Part shown: one piece after another, positions 38,701 to 51,927 of the stretch
How positions within the stretch are numbered: the stretch's first letter is position 1
Layout of the letters: each line of letters begins with the position of its first letter
NCBI GenBank assembly: GCA_013239625.1
Contig: MU053594.1
Location: 2,298,127-2,362,126 of the forward strand
Length of the DNA stretch: 64,000 nucleotides
Reading direction: 5' to 3'
From: Lama guanicoe
Taxonomy: Eukaryota
Made by a program: the position numbers and the translations under genes
The notes under the pieces: model-generated
Seen by the model: only the letters and a program-made list of their open reading frames with translations
Databases searched by the model: none
What the model was told of the DNA's origin: nothing

Positions 38701-41640
38701 TACTGTTATTATGTGCTTTCTGCAATCAGAAAAAAGAGCTCACTGAGACCCGTGCTAATCAGGAGGAACGGGGTTTAGATAAATTAAGAGGAGAGGAGAA
38801 GGCTTTGTAAATGGAAAACAAACAAAACAAAACAAACAACAACGGCATGGAGCCAGGAAAGACTAAGAAAAGTTTAAGGACAGTGGGATGTATCAGAACT
38901 GAAGTAAAGGACATGGGCTGGGAAGGTCGGAGAAATGCAGTGGGACCAGCTAGGGGAGAAGTCAAGTCGTGGAGCTGCTCCCTTGTCTTCCCTATCATGA
39001 CTCGCATGGTCCTTCCCGCCGCCAGTCCTTTTTTGCTACTGAATAAATGCTACTGAAATTCTTCGCCTAATTAGATGGGCCCGTGTCTCTCACAGCTAAT
39101 GAAATTTCACTGGGTGGCGACCTCCTTGAGTGTTGCCATTCAATTGCCCGGTTCAATGTTCCACAAATGTCCCTTTTTCTGAATAGTTTCAGATATGGTC
39201 AGCAAATTCATGGGAACCTTATCTGTTCCATTTAGGAGAAGATAAGGAAGCATCTTCCTTCTCACTCTTTATCTTCCAGACAGAAGTCTTGGCCTCCTTT
39301 TGGAGTCAGACAGCCTGGCTTCACCACTTACACAGCGTGACCCGGAGCAAGTTACTTAACCTCCCTGCTCTATTTCCTCATGTGTAAAATTTGAGTAATG
39401 TGCCAGTCATCCATTTATTGTCTCTCAGCAACAAGTTCACCTCCCGTACCGGCCCTGCAACTCTGGTTGGACTGTTTCTCCTTCCCGTTAGCGTGATGTG
39501 AAGCTTTGTCAGTAGGGGGCACAACCTCAGAGGTAAGTTCTGGGGAGTCATGCGTTAAAAGGTACTGGGTATCTTTCTAGGGGTGATAAAAATGTTCCAG
39601 AATTCCATAGGGTGATGGTTGCACAAAGTCTTGAGAAAGTCACATAATTGTACACTTTACAGTGGTTAAAATGGTGAACTTTTTGTTATGTGACATTTAT
39701 CTTGGTAAGAATAAGTAGGTTGTGGAGCTGGGACGAATTAGTGAATGGGAAAAGTTTAGAACAGCACTGGGAACAGAGTCTAGTACAGTGACTGTCATTT
39801 TGATTAATTATTTATCAGGCTGTCCCCGGACCTGCTCTTCCTTGCTTAAGGAAGGGGGTCCTGAGACCCTCACACGGTCTCCCCGGTTATCACGGCCTGG
39901 CTGCCGGACCTCTTCCTGTGTCTCCTGGGGTGTGTCTCTGGCTCTGGCTCCTTGGGGAGCAGAATGAGTGCCTGCACTCCCATTTCTCCAGAATTGCTCC
40001 AGACAGCCGATGCCGGGGCTGGGAGTCACTCTAGGAGGTGAGAATGGCTGGGTAGCAGAGGTAAGTCAAAAAGAAAGGGTCTTGTGTTGGAATGTGTGTC
40101 TCCGGCCTCTGGACCTCTAGGCCAAAGTTTAATTGGATAATAAACAGCACTGATAGTGACTGACTATGGTCCCAGGTCTCCCCACTGGTCTGCCGTCCCC
40201 ACGTGGTGATTATGGACCAAATCTGCAGTCTCAGTTTCTCCTGAAAAGAGAAGGGGGATGTCTGGCTGGAGGCTCCGCAAAACTCTGTGGTCAGTGGGGC
40301 TCACAGGATGGGGATGCACGGAAAAGCAGCGGAACCACGTAGTGGGGTCCGGAGAAATGCTGGGGGCTGGTCGGGGGGAAGGGAAACTGGAGAAAGGGGC
40401 AGCGGTGTAATGTGGACTCTGTCCCTTCACCGTCTTCCCCTTCCATCTACGTAACAGTCCTTGGCATGTCACTTAGCTTAGAAGACCAGTATTTCTAGTC
40501 TGTACTCTGTCATTCATACAAAACCCAGAGTTCTCAGGGCAGTCCTAACTCGGAAGTGTTCTGTCCCAATGGTTCCATTTAATCCATGCATTTGTCGGGA
40601 CAGCATAGCCATTGGTCAAATCCCCCTTCCTACAGCTTCATCTTCAGATGGGGGCTTGTCGGAGATCAGGAGAGGAGCACGCTACTGCCCTGGGCTGCCT
40701 CCGTGAAGAGCTGTGTGCGTCCTCAGCCTGATGCTGGCGTAGGGGTGGGGGGCACCAAACGCATGTGTCTTGTGGTGGGTCGCCTCAGTTACGCTGTTTG
40801 CATTTTCCATTAAGCTGACTCAGGGGGCAAATACCTGCACAGAAAGCTAAAAAAAAAAAAAATCAGCTGCCTGCTTTCAGACCCACACACCTGACCTCTA
40901 TGTCTGTGGGGTAGCCTCAACTTCTGGGTGGCATTGGTTTTGGGGTTCTGGGGCTGCCAAGATACCCCTGTGAGGACTCCCTTTGGACCTCCCCTCAGAC
41001 ACAGTTACCAAACATGTTTTTCATCTTTATTAATCTGTTCCATTTCTCACGTTTCCCAGGTCACAGCTGCACTGTTATCTGATGGGCTCACTGCCAGCCC
41101 CACAAAGCCTGACAGTTACAAAGGGAGGATTAGCAGCAAAAGAATATTTATTAGAAAAAAATCCTTTTTTATTCTTCTGCTCTTTTATGTGGAGTTCGCC
41201 GTGTATTGCCTGGTGAGATAAGAGCGGCTCTCTGAGAGCTGCGAGCTGGTGTCCGGGTTATTGGCAACGCTGGTGAAGGGTGGTGGTTCTCCTTGCCAGC
41301 GTGGACCACCTCTCTCAGTCACTCCGGGAGGGTCCTGCTCAATTTCATAGCCCAGAGACATCTGTGATGTGGCTGGCTTTCTCCAGAAAGAGGAGAATCC
41401 TTTTGTGAATGGATCTTACTTCTCCTCTAATCTCCAGGACTAGAGATGAATAGAGTAACTGATCATTTAATAATTATTTTTCAATTGAATAGCTCCACTT
41501 TGCTGGGGTTTGTTTAATGGCATTCTGAGGGAACACAGATGTTCCAATTTAAAAAATGGAGGCAGCTATGACTTTTCTTACCCATTTATGAAGAAACTCT
41601 GCCACTGAGGGAATTCCAGGTCTCCAAGGAAACCAACTCC

Positions 41641-41727
41641 TTTTTTTTTTTTTAATTTTTAAAATGGATGTACTGGGGATTAAAGCCGGGACCTTGTTCA
41701 TGTACCACTGAGCTAAAGCCACCCTCT
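41641..41727 (-). mobile_element. Degenerate tRNA-derived SINE with TSD (ggaaaccaact at 41628 and 41728)
   Basis: Poly-T, tactggggatt...accactgagcta, flanked by direct repeats. Confidence 0.75.
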
Positions 41728-42609
41728 GGAAACCAACTACTTTGCAGGAAATTGATTTTCATTCTGTTTTTGAGACTTTGGTGGTGCGATTGCAAGGTGG
41801 AGGTGTTTGCATTTGGCCACTGCAAGCCTGAGAAATGTCCTGGTTGTGCCCCTCCCACCCCCTCCCGAGTCCTTGTGACTCCCTGTCACATTCTCTGTCA
41901 GGGCACATGCATTTTGAGTAAACTCTGAGGAGATGTCAACTTTCCCACCCCAGCCTGGGAGCTGCCGTGCCAGACCTGTCTGGGCCTGCCTGCTTCTGAT
42001 GGAGCATGATGCTGGGGGCAGGTAAGAGGCCCCGGATGCTGTCCAGGAGGGTGACTTCTGATCTGGTCTTTCTGATGCCAGTGGTGACCATCATCTGGAA
42101 TCTGGGCCAGCCTGGGCTCTGGGGATGATGGGTCAGGATCTCTGGATCAGGAGTTAGGGTCTCTGGAGTCTGGAGGGAGAATCACTGTCAGGGGAGGAAC
42201 CAAGAAAAACCACAAAGGACCTTGGAGGTGGAGACCCTTTGTCCATTCACCACCACTAGCATCCAAATCCCCTTTGAGGTCCCCACTTCATTTGCCACAC
42301 ATGTTTCTTTTGGATTTTCTATTGTGTGGTCTCCGGGGGAAGAAGTTGTGGTTTTTGGAAGAGAAGGTGTCTTTCTAAAGAGCTTTGGAAACATCAAGAG
42401 AGAAGAGAAGGTGCTAGGGTCTGGAGGAGATGCGCCCCAGCCAGCCCTCCTTCACTAGTTAGCAATTTACTTTCCCTTCCCACTGGCCCTCTCTTCATGG
42501 CTTCTTGGCTCTTCTGCTCTCTCTTCAGATGGAACACCTCTTGCCTTCTTGGTGGGTAAGACACTGGGCAAACCTTGCTATAACTTAGCACCTTCTTTCC
42601 CATCCAGTG

Positions 42610-43570
42610 TATTCCTCTCGACTCCCTGGTTTTGGATAATTCCCTAAGTCACCCAGGCTCGAGACCCCAGACGAGTTTGAGGCCTTCCTTGCCCTGCCTT
42701 CTACATCCATCTGATTCCCAAATTGGTGCTGTCTACTTGGGAAATCTCTCTTCTCCTCAACCCTTTGTCTTCCTCCCTACTTATCGCCCTGGTTTTGGTC
42801 TTCATCGGTCATCTAGGTTACTGCAATAGCTGCCCAACTGGACTTCCAATTTTTTTCCACTTTCTTCATAAATTTGCCTTATCCTCTGGGGCCAGATCAA
42901 TCTCTCAAAGTCTCCAATCATACTCTTTCGGCATTAAAAACTGTCACCAACTCTCCAGTACCAACCCCCAGATCCTCAAACTACTTAGAAGGGCAGAGTT
43001 GGGGGTTCTCCAATCTTCCTTTTCGGCCTTATCATTGGAAGGCTGTCAGCTCCGTGAGGTCAGGGACGTTGAGTGTTTTGTTTACTGGTGTGTCCCTGTG
43101 ATCGGCGTGGGGCTTGCATTTAGCACATAGGGCCTGACGTGCCGCAGGGCCTGAGCAATGCTTGTGAACTACTTCCTGCACACAAATGCTGCTGCTGCCT
43201 ACCTGGAGTCTCCCTGCTTCCCAAAACCACCCTTCATTTCCCCCGCCTCTGCCGTTGCACACATTCTCCCTGGAATTCATGCCCCACCAGGTCTGTTCTA
43301 CTCCTACCCATTTTTCAAGGTCCAGCCCAAATCCTGCCTCCTCCATGAAGCCCTCTGTGATTCCCCAGAGAGATATGACTACCCTCCTCTGAACTGCCAT
43401 GGCAGTCTGTACCCTCCCATGGCACTTGGCATAGTTTCCCTTTATTCGAGGACTTCCTACATCTAGCTCTATTCAGGTTTGAGTCACTTGAGGGCAGGGA
43501 TCTTTTAAATTCATATTTTGAAGTCCCTGATAGAGTGTATTCCTCTGAAAGATACTAGGTAAATGTTATT
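42610..43570 (+). mobile_element. L2 fragments
   Basis: CT-rich L2 motifs and 3'-end-like tails (aataaatgaat). Confidence 0.6.
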
Positions 43571-45051
43571 AAGTCAATAAATGAATACCTAAGTGACTGG
43601 CAAGTCTTTTATCTGCAAGTCTGGTGGATTAGTAACCACACAGTTTTACAGCTTTAATGATGATGAATGGCTCTGAGGCCAATTAGCATTCATTTATGCG
43701 GCTGCTGCTGGGTTGATTAATTAACTCTAATAAATGTGAACAAATTAGCAGTTGTTGTCTTCTAGCAAATTACACTTTGTGATGTCAAGGTGAATCCCAT
43801 GCCAAGTTTTGAAGGTGCTGGACTGTATAAACTTGGGCTGTGGATGGGAGATGCTCTGAAGTTTAATCCACAAGGGCCTCCAACCTTCCCCCAGCTGCCT
43901 GCTCGCCTAGACCTTCCTGAAGCTGCATTTCATGGTGATGGTCAGGACAGGAGAGGTGCTCAAGTCTATGAGCCTTTGCTAATTCCCTTTGCTTATTTTG
44001 CTTCTCCATTAAACCTTTGACCTACTAGTGTGGGTGGTTGCAAGACTGTGAAGACCTGGGGAGGGTCCCTATGGTGAACTCAGTGCCTGGGGAGGGAGAG
44101 GTCTGGCTCTCTTTTCTTCTGGGGGGATCCTGAGAGGAGATCTGGCCTCAGAAGCTTCCTGGTTCCCGGGATCCCTCCTCCTTAGTGTCCTCAGCTTGTA
44201 GGATGAGCTGAGCTTTCACCCAAGCACGTTACCTCATCTCCCCCGTCCCCAGCTGATGGTGACGTCTGCTTTATGGGGCATTGCAGTGGAGTTGTTGAGG
44301 ATTAAATGAGATAATGAATGTCACGGTGCTTGTCCAGAACCTCTCCACCCTTACCGGTGACTTCTGAGACAAATTCTTTGTGCTGTCACATTGCGATTGA
44401 GACTGAGATTGAGACTGGGGTGCCAGGGAGGGCAGCTGGCTCAGAGGTGGGGGAGGGACTTGCCGGACTCCTTACTGAAGGTCTCTGGGTCCAGAAGGAA
44501 CTTCCCTGCATCCTTCTTCCTTGGAGTCAGAGCATCTCCTAAGAGGCTCCAAGCCAGATAATCTAACAGGTTATTACTCATTTCAAGGACATCAGCAAGT
44601 CCCTTGGAATTTGTAGGCTTGTGTTTAGCTGCCTGTGGCGTGAGAGGTGGGCAAAGTGTCTAAGAATTCCTTTGGGGAGGGGTCGGCCAGCTCTCTGGGT
44701 GGCAGGCAGGCAGCGTGGGCACTTAACTGAATCGCCTGGCATCCATGGTTCTTTGAGCTTGGTGCGGAGAGGACCCTGGAACACATCCTGTCAGTCTAGC
44801 TCAGTGCAGGGTTAAGGGCCTGTCCTGGGTGTCATTTCAAGTTCTGCTTGAAGTGATGTGCTGTCTGGGGAGTCCCGGTGCTGATATAAAGGCCTTTGCT
44901 TCTCAAGATCTCCTGGATAAAGCTGCCCCGATTTGTGAGCGGTGGATTGAGGGGGCGGAACTTAATTTCACAGAATTTTGAAGGGGGCGGGGGCGGGGGG
45001 GCGGAGGCGGACTCAGCCCACAAGCCTTCCTGGGCCTGCCACTATGGCGAG

Positions 45052-45070
45052 CGGCCAGCAGGGGGAGCTC
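45052..45070 (+). promoter_or_regulatory. CTCF motif match
   Basis: CGGCCAGCAGGGGGAGCTC is close to the CCASYAGRKGGCRS core. Binding is not shown. Confidence 0.6.
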
Positions 45071-46799
45071 TGTCACCGTGGTGCCTGCTCGCTGCGCGGG
45101 GCTGAGGGTCTGTCTAGGGGCCTGAGAAGGGGCTCCCGGAGTGGCGAATGGGGGCTCTCTTTGGGTGCTGAAGAGTAGCGATGTCAGGAGTCAAGGCTGC
45201 AGGAGCCTCAGCCAGAAAAGAAGCGGAAATCCACTGTGCCTGGTACCCAGGGTTTGGAAGGATGCACGCAAAGAAAATGAACAAACGTCTTGACTTGGGG
45301 AGTCTTAGTTGGGGGGAAGGGACAGAGGGGGTGGCCTCACTAAGACAGAAGCTGCTACGGCCCCCACCTATTAGGATTGCCCTCCCCGCCTCGTGCAGGG
45401 CTGCCCGCGGGGACTGGCTGTGGGGGTGGGGGTGGGGTACCAGTGTGGAACCTGGAGTTACTGAGTGTGTCTGCGGGGGGACCTTGTGCCCCTGTCCCCT
45501 GAGCAGCCCTCGGGGAGGGAACCTGCCCTGGCCCTGGCACGTCTGCTGTACCCAAAGGCAGAAAGGCTCTAAGAGAGAAAGTTTCCAAGTGGTCCTTCTT
45601 GATTCAGGCAGACTGTCTTCTCGTGCACTCAGACCGGGAAGTGATGAAGGTGGAGGGAGACACCCTTCCATTCCAGGCCTTGTGGTGGCCATGTGAGCAT
45701 TTAGGGGGATGGACACATGTGCGCATGTGTGTCCCAGGACTCTCGTGGTGGTGGGGTGAGTGAGCAGCCTGCACATCTGTCTCCTGCCGAAGGTCTTAGG
45801 CTCAAATGGGACTTGTGTTTTCCTTTTCTCAGGAGCACTGCCGGTCACTTCTCCATCTGTTTCACGCTGAGTGAGGCCCTGGGAAGCTGAGGACAGGACA
45901 TTAGGTTTGCATGCATCAGTCCGGTGTACGTGTGAGATGAGGCTGTGAGATGTGAGAGGCTCTGAGCCCAGAGCCATTTCTCCTGGGCAGGTGGGAAGAG
46001 TGGTCTTGTCCAGAAGCTCTCCACCCTTACTGGTGACTTCTGAGACAAATTCGTTGTGCCTTCATGTTGAGATTGAGATGGAGGTGCCAGGCAGGGCAGC
46101 TGGCTCAGAGGTGGCGGAGGGACTTGCTGGACTCCTTACTGAAGGTCTCTGGGTCCAGAAGGACCTTCCCTGCCTCCTTCTTCCTTGGGGTCAGAGAAAA
46201 GACCACCTGGCCTGAGCATCTTTGGAGAATCCTACCAGACCGAGGGATTAGTGGTTCTCTTCGGGTGAAAGGAGCGGGAACCACCTTCCTGTTTCTGATG
46301 GAATTTGCAAGGAACCATAGAGTTTCAGAGAGGAAGAGAGGCTGACTCCCCACTTTGACAGCTTCTGTGCCCTGCAAAGTCCCCGGTGCCTGGTCTCAAT
46401 GGGACCACAAAAATCACTGTAATGTACCAACGTCTCCACTGTTTATTGACCTCCGTGTGTGGCATTGCTGGCCAAGCCAGCTTCACTTTCTCTTTCCTGC
46501 GAACTGGGTGGTCTAGACCCCCTGCATGGTCTAGACCAAGTAGCATTTAATGTGTGGCCCAGGTGGGAGCCCCTGGGGACATTCTGCCCTTCTGCACACA
46601 CAAGTGCAAATCTGAACTTTGTTTGCAAGTCGGTTGGCTAGCTCTGCTCACTAGAAGCAGAGTATCCCTCTTGAATTGTCCAGATTAGAGTTTTCAGATC
46701 ATGATGGACTAAAACACAAGGTCGAGTGTCCCCGTCTGCATCTAGGCAGCATTAGGGAAGAGGTGCGGGCTGAGCGCTCAGGTCGGCAGGGCTAATTGT

Positions 46800-47335
46800 A
46801 TCACCTCTTTCTGCCCTGAGCCCTTCTATGGCTCCCCACTGCTCGTAGATAAAGATCAAAACCTTCCAGAAAGTCTACAAGGCCCCATGTGATATACCTT
46901 TTGGAGAAAGATGCTCTTCAGACCCATCTTGCCTCATTCTCTGGACCCCAACCACTCAAGAGCTCTTGGTTTCTTGATTCCGTCATGCTCTGTCCAACCT
47001 CAAGGCTTTTGCATGTGTTGCTCCTATTTCCCGACGTGCTCTCCGCTATCCCCATCTCGGTACTGCCCACTCATCCTGCAGAGCGACGCCTAGGTGCCAC
47101 TTCCAAGGACGCCCTCCCAGCCCTCCCAGACTAGGTCCTGTCCGACATTCCTAAAGCCCTTGGGAGCCTTTGCCACCATCAGAAAGACTTTCAATTGTGT
47201 GGTTGATTATTTTCTTTCCCTCTGCTAGAATTTAAGCTTCATGAGGGTAGGACCTATGAGTTGATCTTGTTTGCCACCTAGCACAATGCCTGGCACAAAC
47301 TGAATCCTCAAAAAAGATGTGCCGGATGAGTGACT
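46800..47335 (+). mobile_element. L2 3' fragment
   Basis: Ends cctagcacaatgcctggcaca...gatgagtgactgaa. Confidence 0.7.
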
Positions 47336-48798
47336 GAAAGGGTTCACCAGGTTGCCAGGGGAATCCCTCTCACCTTCCAGCAGACAGACTCCTGTCTTAG
47401 AGCGTGTGGATGCTTTTGTGTGTTCTTACCCATCGAAGGGGAGGACCATGGCTAAGCGGAATAGTTTACATGTAGCGCCTGTGATTTTTGAGGCTTAGCT
47501 CTTGTGAGTCTCTCTCCTGTTTTCTCTCTCCCAGAGAGATCTGTCTGCCAAGGAAGGGTCCATTTCTTACCATGCCCACTGCCTCCTTTCTCCCTGATCT
47601 TTGCTTTAGAATCTTTGTGTGAAAAACGTGGCTTTCTCCAGGCAAAGCGCACAATGCTACCTGGTCCAGGAAAGGCTGTCGGCTGTTATCTCCCGAGTTA
47701 TATCTCCAGAGCTGGGCTTCTGAGCGTGGTCCACCCTGCCACAGATGCAACTTCAGCATGAGACTGAGATGCAGGTCATCGGAACTGCTTGGGATGACTT
47801 CGGAAGAAGCTTGACTGTCTCCCAGACTTGGTGTCTGCAAGTCCTCCAGGACTCTGAGCCTTGCGACCTGGCTCAGGGGCAGCTGAGAAGCTAGCCTGTG
47901 AGCCTCCTTCCCCCAGAGGACTGGCCTGCAGCCCCCTGGCTGAGCTCGGAGTGTCTCTAGGCCCCTCCGGTTGTCCACAGGGAGCATGTGTCACCGCCAC
48001 CACTCCCTCACCTGCCTGTCCTTGGGCCCCCCGCACTGAGTCAGCAGCCCCCCCACTGCTGTCTTGGCCTTGTGCAGCCAAGCTAAGCCAAGTCTGGTCG
48101 CAATGAGTCAGTTCATTGGGAAGCTCACATCCTGTAATCTTTTCCAATATGACATTTAGCCAACTGGCTCCCAACAGTGAAGAACCCTGGGAACTGAGGC
48201 TGCTTAAGACTCATGACCCCGCCCAAGCCAACGGCAAGGGCCATGTCGGGGGAGTGGGGCGGCCACCCTGCTGCCAGGGCTCTCTTTGCTCCGTCTTGGT
48301 TCCTGTCTAGCAGCGCATGGCTCTGGCTGGCAGTCAGCAATCCAGTGCTGGTGCCTGTGGGTGGCTTGGCGCTCCTCCATCCAGCCAGGGTGTTTGGACC
48401 TTTTCCTACCTTCTGCTTATGAGTTTCAGAAGCGAGCCAGTGGGCCTCCTAAGAAATGGCCTCCATTGATGTCAATTCTCATCCAAGTCCTAAGGGAGCG
48501 ATGTTTCTTTCTTTTTTCCACGTTGACCCCGCTCTCTTGCCCTTGGCTCAAACCCAGAAACCTCAGGTAGGATCAGTTCTGTGGGGAGGGAAGGGCTGAG
48601 GGGGCACGTATAGGAGATGGGGGTGGCAAAATCGGGTTATGTCTGGTCACCGGTACTGGTTGAGACTTTGAATCTCCAGGTTTGTAAAGAAGCCAAGAAA
48701 GGAGGTGGTCACAGGCCTGTTTCTTGGCTCTCGGATTGACTGGCTGTGACTTTTATCAGGAACTTTCTGACACTTCTGTGAACATCAGAGTTGACCTC

Positions 48799-49547
48799 TG
48801 TTATGGGCCGCGTTGTGTCCCCCTTACCCACCCAAATTTATATGCTGAATTCCTAACCCCAGTGCCTCAGAAAATGACTATACTTGGAAAGAGACTCTTA
48901 AAAAATGGTAATTAAGATAAAATGAGGTCATACAGGTGGACCCTAATCCAGTATGACTGGTGGCTTTTTTTTTTTTTAAGTATAGTCAGTTTGCAGTGTT
49001 GTGTCAGTTTCTGGTGTACAGCATAATTTTTCAGTCATACATATACAGACATAGATTCATTTTCATATTCTTTTTCATTACGGGTTGCTGCAAGATATTG
49101 AAAACAATTCCGTGTGCTACACAGAAGAAACTTGTTTGTCTATTTAATATACAGTGCTATCTGCAAATCTGGAACTCCCTATTTACCCCTTCCCACTTCC
49201 TCTCCCCACTGGGAACCACAAGTTTGTTTCCTATGTCTGTGAGTCTGTTTCTGTTTTGTAAGTAAGTCCATTTGCGTCTTTTTTTTTTTTTAGATTCCAC
49301 ATATAAGCAATATCATATGGTATTTTCTTTTCTCTTTCAGCTTGCTTCACTCTGGTGTTCTTATAAGAAGAGGTGAGGAGAAGGCAGTCCATCTGCAAGC
49401 CGAGGACAGAGGCCCTCAGGAGAAACTGACTCTACAGACACCTTGATCTTCAACTTCCAGACTCCAGAAGAGTGAGAAAATAAATTTCTGTTGTTTAAAC
49501 CACTCCGTCTGGGGTACTTTGTTATGGGAGCCCTGTCAAGCGAATAT
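48799..49547 (+). mobile_element. MLT1 solo LTR interrupted by a minus-strand L1 3' fragment (about 48965-49352)
   Basis: MLT1 motifs (aaatgaggtcat...ccctaatcca; gagaaaataaatttctgttgtttaa), with ctggtg repeated on both sides of the insert. Confidence 0.8.
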
Positions 49548-50840
49548 GACTTCCTCCAGACTTAGCAGAGGTTTGCAGAAAGGCCAAGACAGCAGTGGAT
49601 CAGATGTCCCCATCCTGGCCAGCTGCTTCTCGGGCTCTCCAGGTGGCTGGTCTCACTGGCTTCTCCAGCTCTTTCTTCTCCAGGCAGCCACCAACCTCAT
49701 CTTGTTTTGGTGGTTGGCCAAATTGCCAGCATGACTGGTGGCTGATGAATAAAACCTTTCTCCTCTTAACTTATTTCCTTTTTATAACAACCTGTGTATG
49801 ACATGAGCTGCAGGTCTCTCCGTGTCACCCTGCATGGCTGGTCCTGCCCTCTGGAAGCGCACGTTCTATGGGAAGGGAAGAGTCAGAAAGAGTGTTTCAC
49901 TGCAGCGTGGCAGGTACATGTCAGTGGTCAGCAGAGGGACCACAAAGGAAGGCAGTCTGAGCCTGCCGGTCCTGGAAGGCTTCGTGGAGGTGACGGCAGA
50001 GGCAGACGTCTGTTGCTCCTAGGAAGGCAGGAACTTGGTCTTGTTCCCCTTCCTTTACCCACAGAATCTGGTACGGTGCTTTGTACCCAGGAAGTGCTCA
50101 TCTAGTTTGTGGGGTGGATGACTTTCTTGAAGTCCCTTCCAGCTTTGTGAGTCCGTGATGCTGTGACCTCAGAGGCCCACAGCAGTGAGATGATGGAAAA
50201 TGCCACTGGCAGACGGCATGAGGTTTCGTATGCAAAATCACTGCTGAGCAACGGAACTGGAAGCCAGGGAGGCAAGCATAATGAGCGCCCTGCCCCTCTC
50301 AGTGTTTCTGGGAGAATCCTCGGGCATGTCAGCAGGAATCCAGCCAGCGCACCTGCCCCACATGCACGATCAGAGGCGACGTCTCACTCTCCACAAGCAG
50401 AGGTTGGTCGAGTCCCTCACAGCTGTTTCCCACGGAGAGGAAAGCCCCTAAGATCCCAGGCTGTGTAAACTGACCGTGTGTTTATCAAATACGCCCCGTG
50501 GCCCAGGAACACGACAACGCCTCAGACGCACAAACTCACAGCTGGTGCAGCAGGGATTCAAGATGCTTGGGAGCAGGGAGGAGGGCGTGGGGCAGAGGAC
50601 GGTTGAATGCCAAACCGGCGTGGCTCTCCTCTGGAGAACACCCAAACGGATCTAAAACTGAAGCCCAGAAAATAACAAACATCCCAGCCTTTTAAAAACA
50701 AATGGTGCTCAGACGTCTTTTAAAGCTGAGTGGTCCACCCCCAGACAGTGCTCTGAGGGAGTGTGTGCAGACCCCCTGGCTCCCAAAGAATTAGGCGCAG
50801 CTTCTGGTCCCTGTCTGAGGGCCCCAAGAGCTTTGATTAA

Positions 50841-51927
50841 AAAGTCTTTCTTTTATTGAAGTATACTTGATTACGATGTTGTCTTAGTTTCTGATGTACA
50901 GCATAGTGATTCGGTAATACATATATATACATTCTTTTTCAAATTCTTTTTTATTATAGGGTTTTGCAAGCTATTTTTTTTAAACATTTTTTATTGATTT
51001 ATAATCATTTTACAGTGTTGTGTCAAATTCCAGCGTAGAGCACAATTTTTCAGTTATACATGAACATATATATGTTCATTGTCACACTTTTTTCTCTATG
51101 AGCTACCATAAGATCTCGTATATATTTCCCTGTGCTACACAGTATAATCTTGCTTATCTATTCTGCATTTTGAAATCCCAGTCTGTCCCTTCCCACCCCT
51201 CGCCCCCTTGGCAACCAAAACAACAACAACAAATTGGGAGTTCAGGATTTGCAGATACTATTATATAAAATGAACTTGAAAACCAAGGTCCTACTGTACT
51301 ATAGCCCAGGGAACTATATTCAATATCTTGTATTGGCCTATAATGAAAAAGAGTAGGAAAAGGAGTATATATGTGTATATGTATAATTGAATCACTATGC
51401 TGTACACCAGAAATTAACATAGCATTGTAAACTGACTATTCTTAAATGTAAAAAAAAAAAAAATTTAAAAAATGAAAAAAAAAGCCTTTCTGACAAAAAA
51501 AGATCGTGGTTTCCAGGGGTTTGGGGAGAGGGAGGGAGGAATGAATAGATGGAGCACAAGGGATTTTTAGGGCAATGAAATTATTCTGTAGGATACGATA
51601 GTGGTGGCTACATGTCATTATGATTTGTCAAAGCCCATAGAATGTGCAACATCAAGAGTGAGCCCCAATGTAAACTATGGACTTTGGTTGATAATAATGT
51701 GCCCATGTTGGTTCATCGATTGTACCAAATGTGCGGCACTGATAGGGGATGTTGAGGGTAGGGGAGTATATATGCGTGGGTGGGGAGGGCTGTGTGCAAA
51801 CTCTCTGTATTTTCTGCTCAGTTCTGCTGTGAACCTGAAACTGCTATAAAAGAATAAAGTCTATTAAAGAAAATAAAGAAATAAAAGAAAAAACCAAAAC
51901 AGAATGAAACAAAACAAAGCCTTTCTG
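50841..51927. mobile_element. Stack of L1 3'-end insertions in both orientations plus an L1MC-like piece
   Basis: Two minus-strand 3' ends (about 50851-51215), a plus-strand 3' end (about 51230-51480) and a plus-strand older L1 (about 51495-51915). Confidence 0.8.

Noticed and set aside
45114..45977. 287-aa minus-strand ORF
   Set aside because: It has low-complexity Pro/Ser/Arg composition, no recognisable domain and no coherent splice partners. Such ORFs are expected in GC-rich DNA.
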